Source of the DNA: a virus
Length of the DNA: 64,000 nucleotides
IMG/VR virus record: IMGVR_UViG_3300022689_000474
Span: 88,053-152,052 of that record
Reading direction: 5' to 3' (one strand)
Of this stretch, positions 35,901 to 41,254 are shown piece after piece. A program made the translations under genes and the position numbers. The notes beneath the pieces are model-generated. The model ran no database searches. It was not told where the DNA came from and saw only the letters and a program-made list of their open reading frames with translations. Each line of letters opens with the position of its first letter. The first letter of the stretch is position 1.

Positions 35901-37407
35901 TTTCTGGGATGTGGCTACATCTATTTTTGATATTATTGAAGCTATAGATATATTTTCATCTTTCTCACGATTAAGTAGTGCTAGTAGAAGTAATATGACT
36001 AGAGCTCAAAAGAAATTAATTGCATCTGAAGTAGGTACTACAATTAATAACTTTACTCAAGGTATGGCATTTATGGTTGCTATGAATACTATAAATATGG
36101 GTATTCAAGCTAGTGCTTCTGCTATAGGTTGGAAAGCTCTAGCTCCCATTTTATTAATAGCAGGTGTTATAGCAGTAGTAGGTGGAGTCACTTATATGAA
36201 AGATCAGGAGAATAGGGAGAGTTGGAGTGGATTCTGGAAAGGGGTAAGTGAATTCTGGGGAGATACTATCTTCAATTATACAGAGAAGGCTGAGAAATGG
36301 GGAGGAGGTGGTAGAAAGACAGATGCAATACTTATGGGAACAGGTGGTGCTTTAGGAGGTTTAGCTTTATCTGCATCTGCATTAAGTATGGCTCCAGGTA
36401 CATTAATGGGTGTATTTGGAGGAGTATCATTATTAGCTGCTGGTCAATTTTTATTAGCAGGTTTAGCTATAGGTGCTGGTTTAGGAGTAGCAGCAGCATT
36501 AATAGCTCCAGAAGCTACATCAAATCTATTTGATAATTTAGTAAATAGTTTATCAGATATAACTATAGGAGGATTTCCTATATTTGGAATGTTTTTAACG
36601 AAACCAGGTAGTGGTTTATATATGAAAGGATACTCAGAACCTTCTTTAGGTGTAAGTAGAACCACTCCATTTATGGTAGGAGGTGTAGAACAAGTTATAG
36701 CGGCAGATTATAGAAGATATCTACTAGCTGCCAAAGATATAACGGGTGGAGATGCAGCAGGTCTATTCTTAAGTACTACTATATATGGATCATTACCAAC
36801 AAGAGGTAATGATGTAGTATCAAGATACGGAAAAACAATGAGTATAAGACCTGGAGGTGTAGTAGATCCAGTAATAAGGAGAGAAATACAATTAAGAGGT
36901 CAACACTTTAATCAAAGTGTTATAGGAAGACAAATGTGGGTGGCAATGTTAAGTAATGCTACTAATTATAGAGCTATCAAACAGGCTGATTATAGAGATT
37001 CTATAAGGTCAGCTACTTTAAGTATGGAGGCAATGAAAGAAGATAATTCTCCAGAAGTAGAAAGTAAGAACTTAAAATATAAAAACAAATTAAGAAAGAG
37101 GAATCCAGAAATTAGAGGTGAAATTATAGGTCAATATGTAGATGATGTAGGTAAAGCTATAGATAGAGCGGAGAAACAAAAAGAAGAACCACTATTATTA
37201 AGTTTTGATAAAGAGTCATTAAATAATACGAATGTATTATCAAAGGACTATATAGTAAATGGATTGGATAGAAAGAGTACAAATAGTAATATTCCAGTAG
37301 TCAGTTCTACAACTCAAGGACATATAGTAAGTAAAGTACCTAATCCAGAAGGGAGTTTAAACGATACAATATTAGTAAGTCCTTATAGTGAATATGATAA
37401 TGTCTGA
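20953..37407 (+). CDS. 5,484-aa multi-domain protein (2 zincin metallopeptidases, SGNH hydrolase, PLD-family domain, many membrane segments); putative ejected or tape-measure-like virion protein
   Basis: HELAH (22204) and HELVH (23035), each with a downstream E-x-(D/E)-AY. GDS (24664), NQGISG, GIND and DGIH (25093) mark the SGNH domain. HAK..TGN (27184) and HEK..GSHN (27748) mark the PLD domain. Gly/Ala-rich hydrophobic helices occur throughout. Confidence 0.75.
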   Translation: MYFSNISNKNQLFSRSTLFNSSMTSELNKKFSFDIYNNKSNYIPSDYINNLSTDIDPINSLINESSLQSRLSGNTNQYSIPPSRKLLNTSFSLPLENRAPYLGGISSSLYNSLTQSNLGNIDTSNITLTPSNYSYVKSNVDSIDTSNIGFNNSSKYSFIKSDTSSIDTSGISFNTPSKPHSSSINEAIRSNISGSSIVIPSSTYLDPVSRNQAYRDTLKPQSGYIDSTTKGFNQHFRDLMKPKYVALREESIREYVDTIKPQSGYMEDVSKDIHLRYKDNSKRGISSINNKDFLEYLPSEDINFRSANNLEGVKEYNQLNFKSKTKTSVSSLAKKVELTQAGLDNYQRVIQLVFDFENRSTEGVRLPQLASMREKRYEMLGAGALYDPRKNVVAVDDSIIGQLNRGKLTKESFGTLAHELAHSYQNHFGNTWKKQRAFENRVYSADIDEVKPGNLIQDKYTKRVVKRSLESIALTKQNMPEGLTKERRESAIRRSTANELDAYSLEDRITRSVDVDRIFDPDYKLTKVGYRTEDTIRKVRATREFNKKLLTGTIGTTAVVGLGAIAYSLFRNREESKSEESNNDKLVLGSIVGSSFLLGSIRQTTFGPYKTSEHLGESSIAQRNLKKATKKVFDYLGVDFDLSQTPTIAAFGPDIPKGLGGAYVAKYNELVLNQEIYGELVSGKISRNSFSLLAHELVHAYQANVGGNIQKKLLSDEEVNLLPKKILDMAKKSAAVQPYESKEYWESFRKEVEAYDVQFQILAKKKKYISPKYRQTRINPVSTSIDQPTSPKPPFQPSLPPTKPKPQLLLPPAKSISPRSVNQSILPPGLTVPSPISPYPSPPGKSKPQLLLPPAKPISPRSISQSILPPGLTIPSPISPSPSPSPKSKPQLLLPPAKVISPRPVSQSLLPPGLTVPSPISPPPSPSSSRLGSQLLLPPAKAISPRPVSQSIIPPGLTISSPISPEISSSPSPPFSPRLNNQPLLPPGKSLEEVNMIKGIGLKNIIQGQNLRSLRNTSLGAIGIGIGLAIGINQFIYSSNREISSREFKEIDDSLDRRMRSVRINREQERMEIEAEERVNKMIENSITEEDKRFIEEHSNQLKERLQSLNSARVSQDNTVNSTSSSSNELPSILPERTIFGSISPPLVLSNEIDLLNEPLDSRTQTKVASGSQQYVQRQEALARGELYTDEGASISIGKWTREPMTNRSNEEWKSLLKKESDFVRSLNRDDQINVLLGDSLTQWFRPYQLPQKEDTTWLNQGISGQNIQQIDQRIDILKSMKGDKVFIMAGINDLRQGRSDKEILERYSSMLDNVKKSDVADEVVVQSILPTRLDNLPTNRIKSLNSQIKAMAEKRGMTYIDLLPHFLNEEGRLKKEYTTDGIHLSRKGYDTWSKLMSQHLNGKGEEQDINILGNQEKLERNTNQAGESIIPPSSSVARQAAKNNKDKEQTLSSSAGGGGSKPPGTPRTSTPPPPEEPDPRKKAGLYTNMDDQEKKSWVDRLKSAVGFMRDEKVEDVIKVVGVTAGITAGMLGTIKGVEVLFSNVNRIFSSLRSSIALSTSSSSSPGQSVTSPQPTSSTRTPGQPAVPSQSSSPTTPVSQSTPSTRTPGQPTVPSQPTSPTTPRAPGQPAVPSQSSSPTTTASQSTPSTRTPGQLVIPSQPSSPTRAPGQPVSPPQPRGPAPSSSVGSNLPNRSISSGPPSSPLSSTPSVRTRGKGGMGFMLGAGLVSLGVMGVIGGIAGYMVFSPSEDRTSGERRDDFYSSPEVEQSRKEREIRERQLIEQEKRITGRPDRSIDRDTSLLLRNSRENRDGSSVRRQLSYREYMALQTGRSEEHSLQPEISRPSSLSLDEHLAIQNQGQIRRRVSRDIDQSRGIRASDLSFEEFLEIQSERPEIERRRERINRGDSRSRTLSLGEYLSMGEERRVSIGSDDNRSRARYLAIMESSESSIDDRYRRANRLIINRPDRELTTPLLPQGSHEPRPEKHIDMSYDEEYLGIWEFGSKTRGLLSQIQKGTLYGGFYQRPSSPYGNIYIDLASREVPTIMPPTSGTGYLYENRKRYMEKLRESGVPVVQVGDFHAKAFIGTNIKDEEIAIVLTGNLTRSALESGVPDEAIMTNESIKDRFLRTFFNQRPKFYQSNIGLVVKDSEKIGQLKEILFNIQTKGVSYSTEDFIVGGAMGNSRERIVDFILQKSKTGDDISITSPYIDDPEIVRALVQAKQQSGVTIRLITSKEGSGIRAYSQAISTLQASGIEVYAPKGTQSYLPHEKMILIGNDYIVGSHNFTSKASDRQIEISLMGNDPRIASLMQADFIRQIEEGYVSLKEGSGARRSMMLGTSPLLSGLYAGSDKAGTLLLDPNMGASYFYGRALYNNQQRQARAHHRVIDQETSGVATAMYKAAYLAKLNEGELIPQHSDLDRIPGIVQQYDRELYTPGIGAILNEKVFMRLGLGRLYKDELGFLPSAMGALGSVLDKTYLYLNPNANFPGITHYFKEMDIKDSSYRDRPAPVGLFEAGLSELAFLGQASAQGILFYMIVGEPISMFLSETIKNDVERVISNSLSTDLNQFYSTSSRLHRRANLSMASAFKSPLSARMEVLSTMDNLRKIDAEYFGAENPGLSIYHFSSMYLRGRSGILLNEVMKPFLMEIVNPYDPMDVQSNRGFSNVIDRFIEEVSRPVGLAAISPSDPHLDSIKITRTDVQRGLYKQGFSRNQVQSMKIDEIIGYKYAREQFVNKARDFLDTSTFRSSLISNRVNSFKTFIDRFGNYQDFNTKQLANLFSQLEIIENSVDPTDVDVIEDIHMIRRRLMQIGAQIEDPAKRLSRNRKADISLTKEGRLIGDIDFEITNEGIDRSSSIARRLQDILDEIPLNPLNWRMFNKYRAIRGITGQDLESEGYLRITTTGQQDTGRVIPRVRTVGELFSFTDLTQVMREILFGRGGFSQHLARAEVFSDRERLIRLNRVSQVSNFEDLTFKDASSIWFDRKIGYAGKMAVDKIHTVWNATIGFAYESSKRVIDKYRYLQGSLLAPFGIGREKGLLRGSKALKDMEYYLMNMEDETTGLKAISWGDDLDEIKEAIKSLEQEAIEEFRSLSNTERLTKYGSLNESEYIDRYVSENIQRATSSIDPTARRLNWLDENVVKSLAEAEEVRSRFMNNPERPFDFVEIQERLRAETLGLFRMGTVKDEALKNRMVRMSPGIGRDVTGKMTKGTLTTTALSISVLSSLILSDLFQSTSGVSLFTQLGFSLFSGGGPIGRLMGNEQGELGINTHFEGDRLFPDIPGLGRVGTTLLTTAGTLYAAHVIGTSALRAEAINYSFTTDFMFQQLKSETGTDIVLSAARGSNEADISLRQKVLSGEIKKGRELSDFIDNNPTRTISMRMKYKDTFEASLSLMKKGDMLNIRSMRFRGNTWLNTMIAYAGLSIGGKALVSSTSSLLNHMRESQGSLDPLAFGVAGALIGSKMTRSFGGGLAGLLIGGLGSYVMNKMGVKVFNLGDPGSVVDNQGATLLGELSDFRNSVMANFDKSSRIELMAALVSQGIESPYGLFKQEASGTDVKVVAKQVTSPIIQFFMAKRTKGQYTDYSGKVVDPGITTYSLGIQGPPITGMSVGIQLPFKILKDRPENNSSGYMNRGSRNFNLVYNDETDILDYLYGVGMIATSAQMLSYSLRTIGAIGSPLTPSAGSTLGQYRETADNLFTESGKRIGKFGTAVEDVGMILPNTIHRVAQYIFSSDYDVYNQIELRMKRRYEMSKGIEGGDLTSVRSFNRSRMLIRYTSKAAFGAFVLNFGAGLVQDDDKFQENSLVLNMSGVGLGVAAGVGQDYLAGVSRAMRVSNAGRALRMTRLRKNLLPYALSGLVGFHLTDDRFGVFTGMSNEYVKQQKHDEYYSYHREAVIGTYAVAMGTLGATFGRMGMDSGQVLEEYSRALNSLNELEDIQQANTAGGGVLRRVRRAYQAHRVEELEKEAQQIVDYFRHRSKQIEETFDLVSSAYPNVAPETLREFHINKARQIIEDTGSMSARDIMNRQDEATALIQHVNRSRGAYIDARLSSRRFSGRLMKGMIGVPIATHIIGSLLHSINPEVFNANKFYDWLESRGTNFDANAPFMKTRNVIADAIRAITFTDRSIDSGISLDQTFRSAAASGGFYQPVSHEKLLIRQTGYARSMTKLFRDLSEIAILDDVNPFISGPLGAGASIRRGDRGTVLTPYIQIQTSGSDISTASYSMSSRFFFRNVLQGNNDLVFEIQNAMRMKNEFMKKGLDPSVVMRRTALNILMATSSLQPRKKPRRASRLSDSQLSSLASDTLLMASLKERMAIQKHSNYQPVESIVTQMLIEQMMPTHKYLDNMLMNVLSPENAKKLGIGVGKNLAAYMMGDPYYLLSRKINMMGIKFFGDQPGGVRGRDISSQARDFPDLFGEYSSKHLETYTMENSKRSPFLESLSDNSSRIFGALPAPVSLMLGLTLGLSITSRLIDFANVIKGGHEISEGQKMLREISSERWFTNAPESDKLRNVWVSMNYPQIGSSEPLVAGAKTLPILSKGSFHFLLNPASHDSYKVSQSLRTGLSEVQKQLDEARLNFRGQSVNIFEYLQINKIKELEAILGGVPNQSHIQAMTVYDNSGNRVYGIDTNKAWMDNLNDARDLLMTSSKGMEPETARRMKAVISAMETEIKSRHITNLSDTILDQVTEHFTKEIDHYIDQYVDSLMNNKVQISRNDYRSMLEKANISDIENRLDKYFPSAPGGGPIKSTVDVPVAAFFIPNASPEEILGVKTEQDLYKLIEARGEATGQLDAISTTDSSGVRVADMRTKLKSAAANSIREEVARELKLFSNDPKKLSRLSSGLTGSIKHIASSVTNKIFLNALGGRTGEVEKSFFSVLRHHWGGLGVTPSADTKRSLINNLRSFMSRMTKGSAPYIAEDEIEVAKFHSSVSVERAKRKALSSVELPEEMAELEARKAAGDPTALDIARKTEEINLRKAPLLTKASRGLQSFWDVATSIFDIIEAIDIFSSFSRLSSASRSNMTRAQKKLIASEVGTTINNFTQGMAFMVAMNTINMGIQASASAIGWKALAPILLIAGVIAVVGGVTYMKDQENRESWSGFWKGVSEFWGDTIFNYTEKAEKWGGGGRKTDAILMGTGGALGGLALSASALSMAPGTLMGVFGGVSLLAAGQFLLAGLAIGAGLGVAAALIAPEATSNLFDNLVNSLSDITIGGFPIFGMFLTKPGSGLYMKGYSEPSLGVSRTTPFMVGGVEQVIAADYRRYLLAAKDITGGDAAGLFLSTTIYGSLPTRGNDVVSRYGKTMSIRPGGVVDPVIRREIQLRGQHFNQSVIGRQMWVAMLSNATNYRAIKQADYRDSIRSATLSMEAMKEDNSPEVESKNLKYKNKLRKRNPEIRGEIIGQYVDDVGKAIDRAEKQKEEPLLLSFDKESLNNTNVLSKDYIVNGLDRKSTNSNIPVVSSTTQGHIVSKVPNPEGSLNDTILVSPYSEYDNV
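23365..23915 (+). repeat. 126-bp (42-aa) Pro/Ser-rich tandem repeat, 4 copies plus a partial
   Basis: KPQLLLPPAK.ISPR..SQS.LPPGLT.PSPISP units start at 23365, 23491 and 23617; a diverged fourth starts near 23746. Confidence 0.9.
25645..25990 (+). repeat. PGQ-containing Pro/Ser/Thr repeats including a 132-bp duplication
   Basis: CCAGGTCAACCAGCTGTCCCATCCCAATCCTCTTCTCCTACTACA at 25696 and 25828; about six PGQ units. Confidence 0.85.
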
Positions 37408-37942
37408 TATTAAATATTTTGGTGGAATAGATATAGGAAAAGAAGGTGCTATATCAATAGTATCTTATTCTGATAAAAAGATAATACCAGCATTCTTTAT
37501 AGAAATGCCTGAAAGTAATAAAGAATTATTAAAGAAATTAAGATATATAAAAAGTAAATTCCCGTTAGATGAGATATGTATAGAAAAACAAGTATATATG
37601 TCAAGAGGAAATTATTCCAGACAAAGTGGAAAGGGTGCCTTTACATTAGGTCATAGTCAGGGATTAATAGAAGGAATATTAATGACTTTAGATATTAATT
37701 ATTCAGTAATAGCCCCCAGAACATGGCAATCTATTATAAAAGATATAAAAGTAAGTAATAATGTAAATGAATTATGTAAATCTTCCAAGAAGATATCTTC
37801 TAAGATATCAAAACAAAAGAGTTTATCTTTATGTGAAGAGATATTCCCTAAAGTTCCTTTAGTAACTAAAAGGGGTAGGATATTAGATGGTATAGCGGAT
37901 AGTCTTTGTATTAGTTATTGGAAATATAAAACAATGTTATAA
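37388..37942 (+). CDS. ruvC: RuvC-like Holliday junction resolvase (true start possibly ATG 37400)
   Basis: GIDIGKEGAI, ICIEKQ, FTLGHSQGLIEG, PRTWQ and DGIADSLCI give the RuvC/RNase H acidic residue pattern of phage resolvases. Confidence 0.8.
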   Translation: MNMIMSDIKYFGGIDIGKEGAISIVSYSDKKIIPAFFIEMPESNKELLKKLRYIKSKFPLDEICIEKQVYMSRGNYSRQSGKGAFTLGHSQGLIEGILMTLDINYSVIAPRTWQSIIKDIKVSNNVNELCKSSKKISSKISKQKSLSLCEEIFPKVPLVTKRGRILDGIADSLCISYWKYKTML

Positions 37943-37943
37943 T
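37935..37943 (+). promoter_or_regulatory. Extended -10 promoter element
   Basis: TGTTATAAT 35 bp upstream of the ORF at 37979. Confidence 0.4.
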
Positions 37944-37978
37944 ATAGTATAAACAGTTTTTTATATAAATATCAATCA

Positions 37979-39097
37979 ATGAAGAATTATAAAGAATATA
38001 AAGTAGAGGAATTTCAATCTGAAGAAGTAGAAAACTATCAATACTATAGTGTAAGTAGATTAAAGACTTATAAGACGTGTCCAAATTATTATAATAATAA
38101 ATATATTAATAAATATCCTGACTATCCTTTCACTGCCAGTACTTTATATGGATCAATAGCTCATAGTATATTAGAGACTTATTATTTCAATAAATATAAT
38201 AAGGTTGAAATATTAGAACCTATAGAAGATCTTTTATTAGATGCTTTAATGTCTACTTTAAAAGATATGGGAAAATTAGAAGATGAAATGGAAATAGTAA
38301 TAAGAAGATCTTTATCTTCAATAGCTTCCAAGATGGAAGTTTTATATTATAAAGCGTCTGAAGATTATATAGGTAAAGATTCTATACGTAAAAAAGATGG
38401 TACTGTTTCTTCTAATCCTAAACTTACTACAGCTTGGAAGAATCAATTAAATAAGTTGGGTGTAAATGAAGATATAGAAGCTATAAATGTATATTTTAGA
38501 TCTTTATCTGATCCTAGAGATACATTAAATTTATGGGATCAGATATCTATTGTAGAGATATATAATGATTTATATTCAATATTTAAATTATATAAAGACC
38601 CTTTTTTAAATTATGAGATAGAAGGTATAGAAGTACCACTAAGTAAATTAGAAGGGGATAAAATAATAAATCCGGTATTAATGCCTCCTAAATATGGAGG
38701 GAATAATAATATTTATTTAATGGGATATATAGATCTAATAGTAAATAAAGAGGATAAATTAATATTAATAGATCATAAAACTGGATCACAACCATTTTCT
38801 AGAGAAGATGTAGAATTTAATTCTCAATTGATAGTATATGCATGGTGCATAGAACGATTAACAGGTAAAGAAGTTTCTCATATAGGAATAAATAATATAG
38901 GTAATAATAATGTATTAGTACCTTTACCTTCAAAGGATATAAGGAAGAAGATATTATCTACACTATTTTCATCCCATTTGGGAATAGAAGCGAAATACTT
39001 CCCAAAATATATACCGGAACCATATAGTCCTTGTCTTAAGATGTACGGTAAAACTTGTCCTTATCTCTCAGTATGTTGGCCAGAGAGAAATATATAA
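37979..39097 (+). CDS. PD-(D/E)xK RecB/Cas4-like exonuclease
   Basis: SVSRLKTYKTCP, GSIAHSILE, GYIDL, IDHKTG, QLIVYA and a C-terminal C..CPY..VC cluster. Confidence 0.88.
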   Translation: MKNYKEYKVEEFQSEEVENYQYYSVSRLKTYKTCPNYYNNKYINKYPDYPFTASTLYGSIAHSILETYYFNKYNKVEILEPIEDLLLDALMSTLKDMGKLEDEMEIVIRRSLSSIASKMEVLYYKASEDYIGKDSIRKKDGTVSSNPKLTTAWKNQLNKLGVNEDIEAINVYFRSLSDPRDTLNLWDQISIVEIYNDLYSIFKLYKDPFLNYEIEGIEVPLSKLEGDKIINPVLMPPKYGGNNNIYLMGYIDLIVNKEDKLILIDHKTGSQPFSREDVEFNSQLIVYAWCIERLTGKEVSHIGINNIGNNNVLVPLPSKDIRKKILSTLFSSHLGIEAKYFPKYIPEPYSPCLKMYGKTCPYLSVCWPERNI

Positions 39098-39124
39098 AAA
39101 GTAGTTTAAAGAATTAAATAAGAT

Positions 39125-39658
39125 ATGTATTCATTGAGTAAAGAAGAGAAATCTCATGTATTCAAGTATTTCCAAGAAAGTTATTCTTCTAAAGAAGATC
39201 TAGTTATATATAATTCTAAAGATAAATTCAAACTTTTATATAATCCCTCATTAGTATTTAAGATATATCCTGCTATAAGAAAAATAGTAAATTTAATAGA
39301 TAGAAAAGGTAGAGTAAGAAAAAGAGATTTTGATGATGTTATAGATATATTAAGAGAATTTATAAATTATTATGATGGAGTCAAAAATGTTAAAGAGATA
39401 TATACTTATGAACAGGTTAAAGATGCTCTTAGTAAGATAAGAATAACTGATCCAGCATTATATAAAGTTTTATGGTACTCATGGTTCACTGATAGATCTA
39501 TAGTTGATATAAGTTGTAGTTTATATATGGACTCTTCTACATTTAAAAGAAAATGTGATAAAGCTATTTGTTTAGTATTAGCTTATTTAAGAGATCCTGA
39601 AATAATGTCTAAAGAAGATATAAAACCAATCGATATAATAAATCCTAGTTATACTTGA
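39125..39658 (+). CDS. Putative transcription regulator with a C-terminal sigma-region-4-like HTH
   Basis: C-terminal LWYSWFTDRSIVDISCSLYMDSSTFKRKCDKAI fits the sigma-4/ArpU-type HTH pattern. Confidence 0.5.
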   Translation: MYSLSKEEKSHVFKYFQESYSSKEDLVIYNSKDKFKLLYNPSLVFKIYPAIRKIVNLIDRKGRVRKRDFDDVIDILREFINYYDGVKNVKEIYTYEQVKDALSKIRITDPALYKVLWYSWFTDRSIVDISCSLYMDSSTFKRKCDKAICLVLAYLRDPEIMSKEDIKPIDIINPSYT

Positions 39659-39661
39659 TAA

Positions 39662-40390
39662 ATGAATACTGAAATTACATCATTTTCCTCATTACCATCC
39701 GCTTTTAAAAGTTTCAAGAAAAGATTTCAGTTGGCATTGAAGGAAAGTTTATTAGAAGATATAGCTCCTTGGGATACTTTATATTCTGAATTAGATACCT
39801 TAATCACTATATTAGATGATCCTGATATTTCTAAACCTTTAGATAGATTTACTTCTATATCTAACTCTAAATCAATTATAGATAGATTAGGTTTAGGTAA
39901 ACATGTTTTAGGACTTATAGAAAGTGGTATCTCTTATGAAGAGACAGCTGAAATCTTAAGAGAGAATAGTGGTAAAAGTATCAAAGTAGAAGATGTGGAG
40001 AATTGGTTAAATGAATTTGATAAGTCTTCTATCTCTTCTAAATCTAAAGTAGTTACTAATAGTATTTGGAATACTAAAGATATCTATGATGATCTTTATA
40101 TTCAAATGAGTGATCTTATTCAAATGATCAGACAGAAAGATGATGAATCTTTCTTAAGATCTAGAGTTACTAAAGAACAAGTTCTTATTGAATCTATCAG
40201 AGAACTTAGACAATTAGCTAAAGATGCTGAATCTATTATGAGTCGTATTGAAGAATCTAAGAAAGTAGAAACTTTTATCGGTTTTATTCTTAGAGATCTT
40301 AAAGGACGTATCTCTCCTGCTGAATTTATGGGTATTGTTAAGTCTTGGTCTGATTATAAATCTACTCTTAGTATGGGACCTTCTATCTAA
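39662..40390 (+). CDS. HTH plus coiled-coil protein; possible terminase small subunit
   Basis: SIIDRLGL..LIESGISYEETAEILRENSGKSIKVEDVENWL is HTH-like (Mu gp27/DUF3486-like layout), followed by a helical region. Confidence 0.35.
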   Translation: MNTEITSFSSLPSAFKSFKKRFQLALKESLLEDIAPWDTLYSELDTLITILDDPDISKPLDRFTSISNSKSIIDRLGLGKHVLGLIESGISYEETAEILRENSGKSIKVEDVENWLNEFDKSSISSKSKVVTNSIWNTKDIYDDLYIQMSDLIQMIRQKDDESFLRSRVTKEQVLIESIRELRQLAKDAESIMSRIEESKKVETFIGFILRDLKGRISPAEFMGIVKSWSDYKSTLSMGPSI

Positions 40391-40418
40391 CTTTATTAGA
40401 ACAATTATTTCATCTTTT

Positions 40419-40450
40419 CTCTACATAATATATGTAGAGCTTTTTTTATT
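40419..40450 (+). terminator. Intrinsic terminator ending the + strand operon
   Basis: CTCTACATA-ATA-TATGTAGAG followed by CTTTTTTT. Confidence 0.75.
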
Positions 40451-40591
40451 TATATAACTACTCTATCTTCTTCTCCGTATCTTTTCTACTTTATCTTATT
40501 TCATACCCCTTAAACACTTCAATACGTCTCTCTCCTTTAATCTTCTATTTAAACCTCTATTCTCTTTCCAAATAAACTTTCTGAACAATAA

Positions 40592-40749
40592 ATTCTTCTA
40601 TACTAAAAAATCTGGACCGGCCCTCAACTTTAGTTCTTCCTGATTCTTCTATACTAAAAATCTGGACCGGGTTCCAACTTTAGTTCTTCCTGATTCTTCC
40701 ATACCAAAAAATCTGGACCGGGGCCCCAACTTTAGTTCTTCCTGATTCC
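40592..40749. repeat. Three tandem 50-52-bp direct repeats (iteron-like)
   Basis: ATTCTTC(T/C)ATAC(T/C)A5-6TCTGGACCGG-N4-5-CAACTTTAGTTCTTCCTG at 40592, 40643 and 40693. Confidence 0.95.
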
Positions 40750-40862
40750 TTTCATCTAAAAGTTAATGTCGGAAAAGGGGCGCGTCCTCCTCCCCTTATA
40801 CGGACACTGATTTTCAAATCGATTCTCTAGGGTACTTGAGTGGCTTAAAACGACTAAAAAAA

Positions 40863-40909
40863 AGTTTCCGTACCCCCCTTTTTCATGAAATTAGGGGGGT
40901 ACGGAAACT
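40863..40909. repeat. Perfect 17-bp GC-rich inverted repeat with a 13-nt spacer
   Basis: AGTTTCCGTACCCCCCT (40863-40879) pairs with AGGGGGGTACGGAAACT (40893-40909). The spacer contains the palindrome TTTCATGAAA. Confidence 0.95.
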
Positions 40910-40952
40910 GATGAGTATTAGATGAAAATATAGTATCAATACAATCTTTATA

Positions 40953-41021
40953 TTGTTAGTAAAGAAAATTGTGTTATAATAAATATAAATACATAAATAA
41001 CATTTAAAATCTTTTAAATGT
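40953..41021 (+). promoter_or_regulatory. Sigma70-type promoter and downstream palindromic operator for the RHH-polB operon
   Basis: TTGTTA-16 bp-TATAAT with an extended TG (40953-40980), then the inverted repeat ACATTTAAAA-TC-TTTTAAATGT (41000-41021). Confidence 0.55.
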
Positions 41022-41089
41022 GAACAAATATACTAAATTAATATATAGTACAATAAAAGTAAAAGTAAAAGTAAAATAAAGTAAAAATA

Positions 41090-41254
41090 ATGGCGAATAA
41101 AAGAATCAATAGAGTGCAATGTTGTATCAGCTTAGCACCACATGTACTAGATAAATTAAATGATTATGCGGAGAAACTTTGTTACCCAAAATCAGTAATG
41201 GTAGATATGGCTTTAAGAGAATACTTTAAACAATTAGATGAAGAGGAGAAATGA
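41090..41254 (+). CDS. Ribbon-helix-helix (CopG/Arc-like) DNA-binding protein, 54 aa, absent from the ORF track
   Basis: MANKRINRVQCCISLAPHVLDKLNDYAEKLCYPKSVMVDMALREYFKQLDEEEK has the beta-strand, helix, turn, 'KS...AL.EY' pattern. Its TGA overlaps the polB ATG (ATGA). Confidence 0.8.
   Translation: MANKRINRVQCCISLAPHVLDKLNDYAEKLCYPKSVMVDMALREYFKQLDEEEK

Noticed and set aside
20953-37407. Virion RNA polymerase (N4- or crAss-like giant protein)
   Set aside because: I found no convincing DxDGD-type or T7-like polymerase motifs; the recognisable motifs are peptidase, SGNH and PLD. A highly divergent domain in the C-terminal 3,000 aa cannot be excluded without structure prediction.
37979-39097. 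Cas4 as evidence of a CRISPR system
   Set aside because: Stand-alone PD-(D/E)xK nucleases are common in phages; there is no cas1/cas2 or array nearby.
40592-40749. Possible mini CRISPR array
   Set aside because: The units are contiguous ~51-bp repeats with only a 4-5-nt variable patch. There are no spacer-length unique sequences and no cas operon.
40863-40909. Protelomerase (telRL) site or simple terminator
   Set aside because: The dyad is interrupted by an asymmetric 13-nt spacer and no protelomerase gene is visible. No gene ends next to it, although a T-run follows on the - strand, so termination of an antisense RNA is not excluded.
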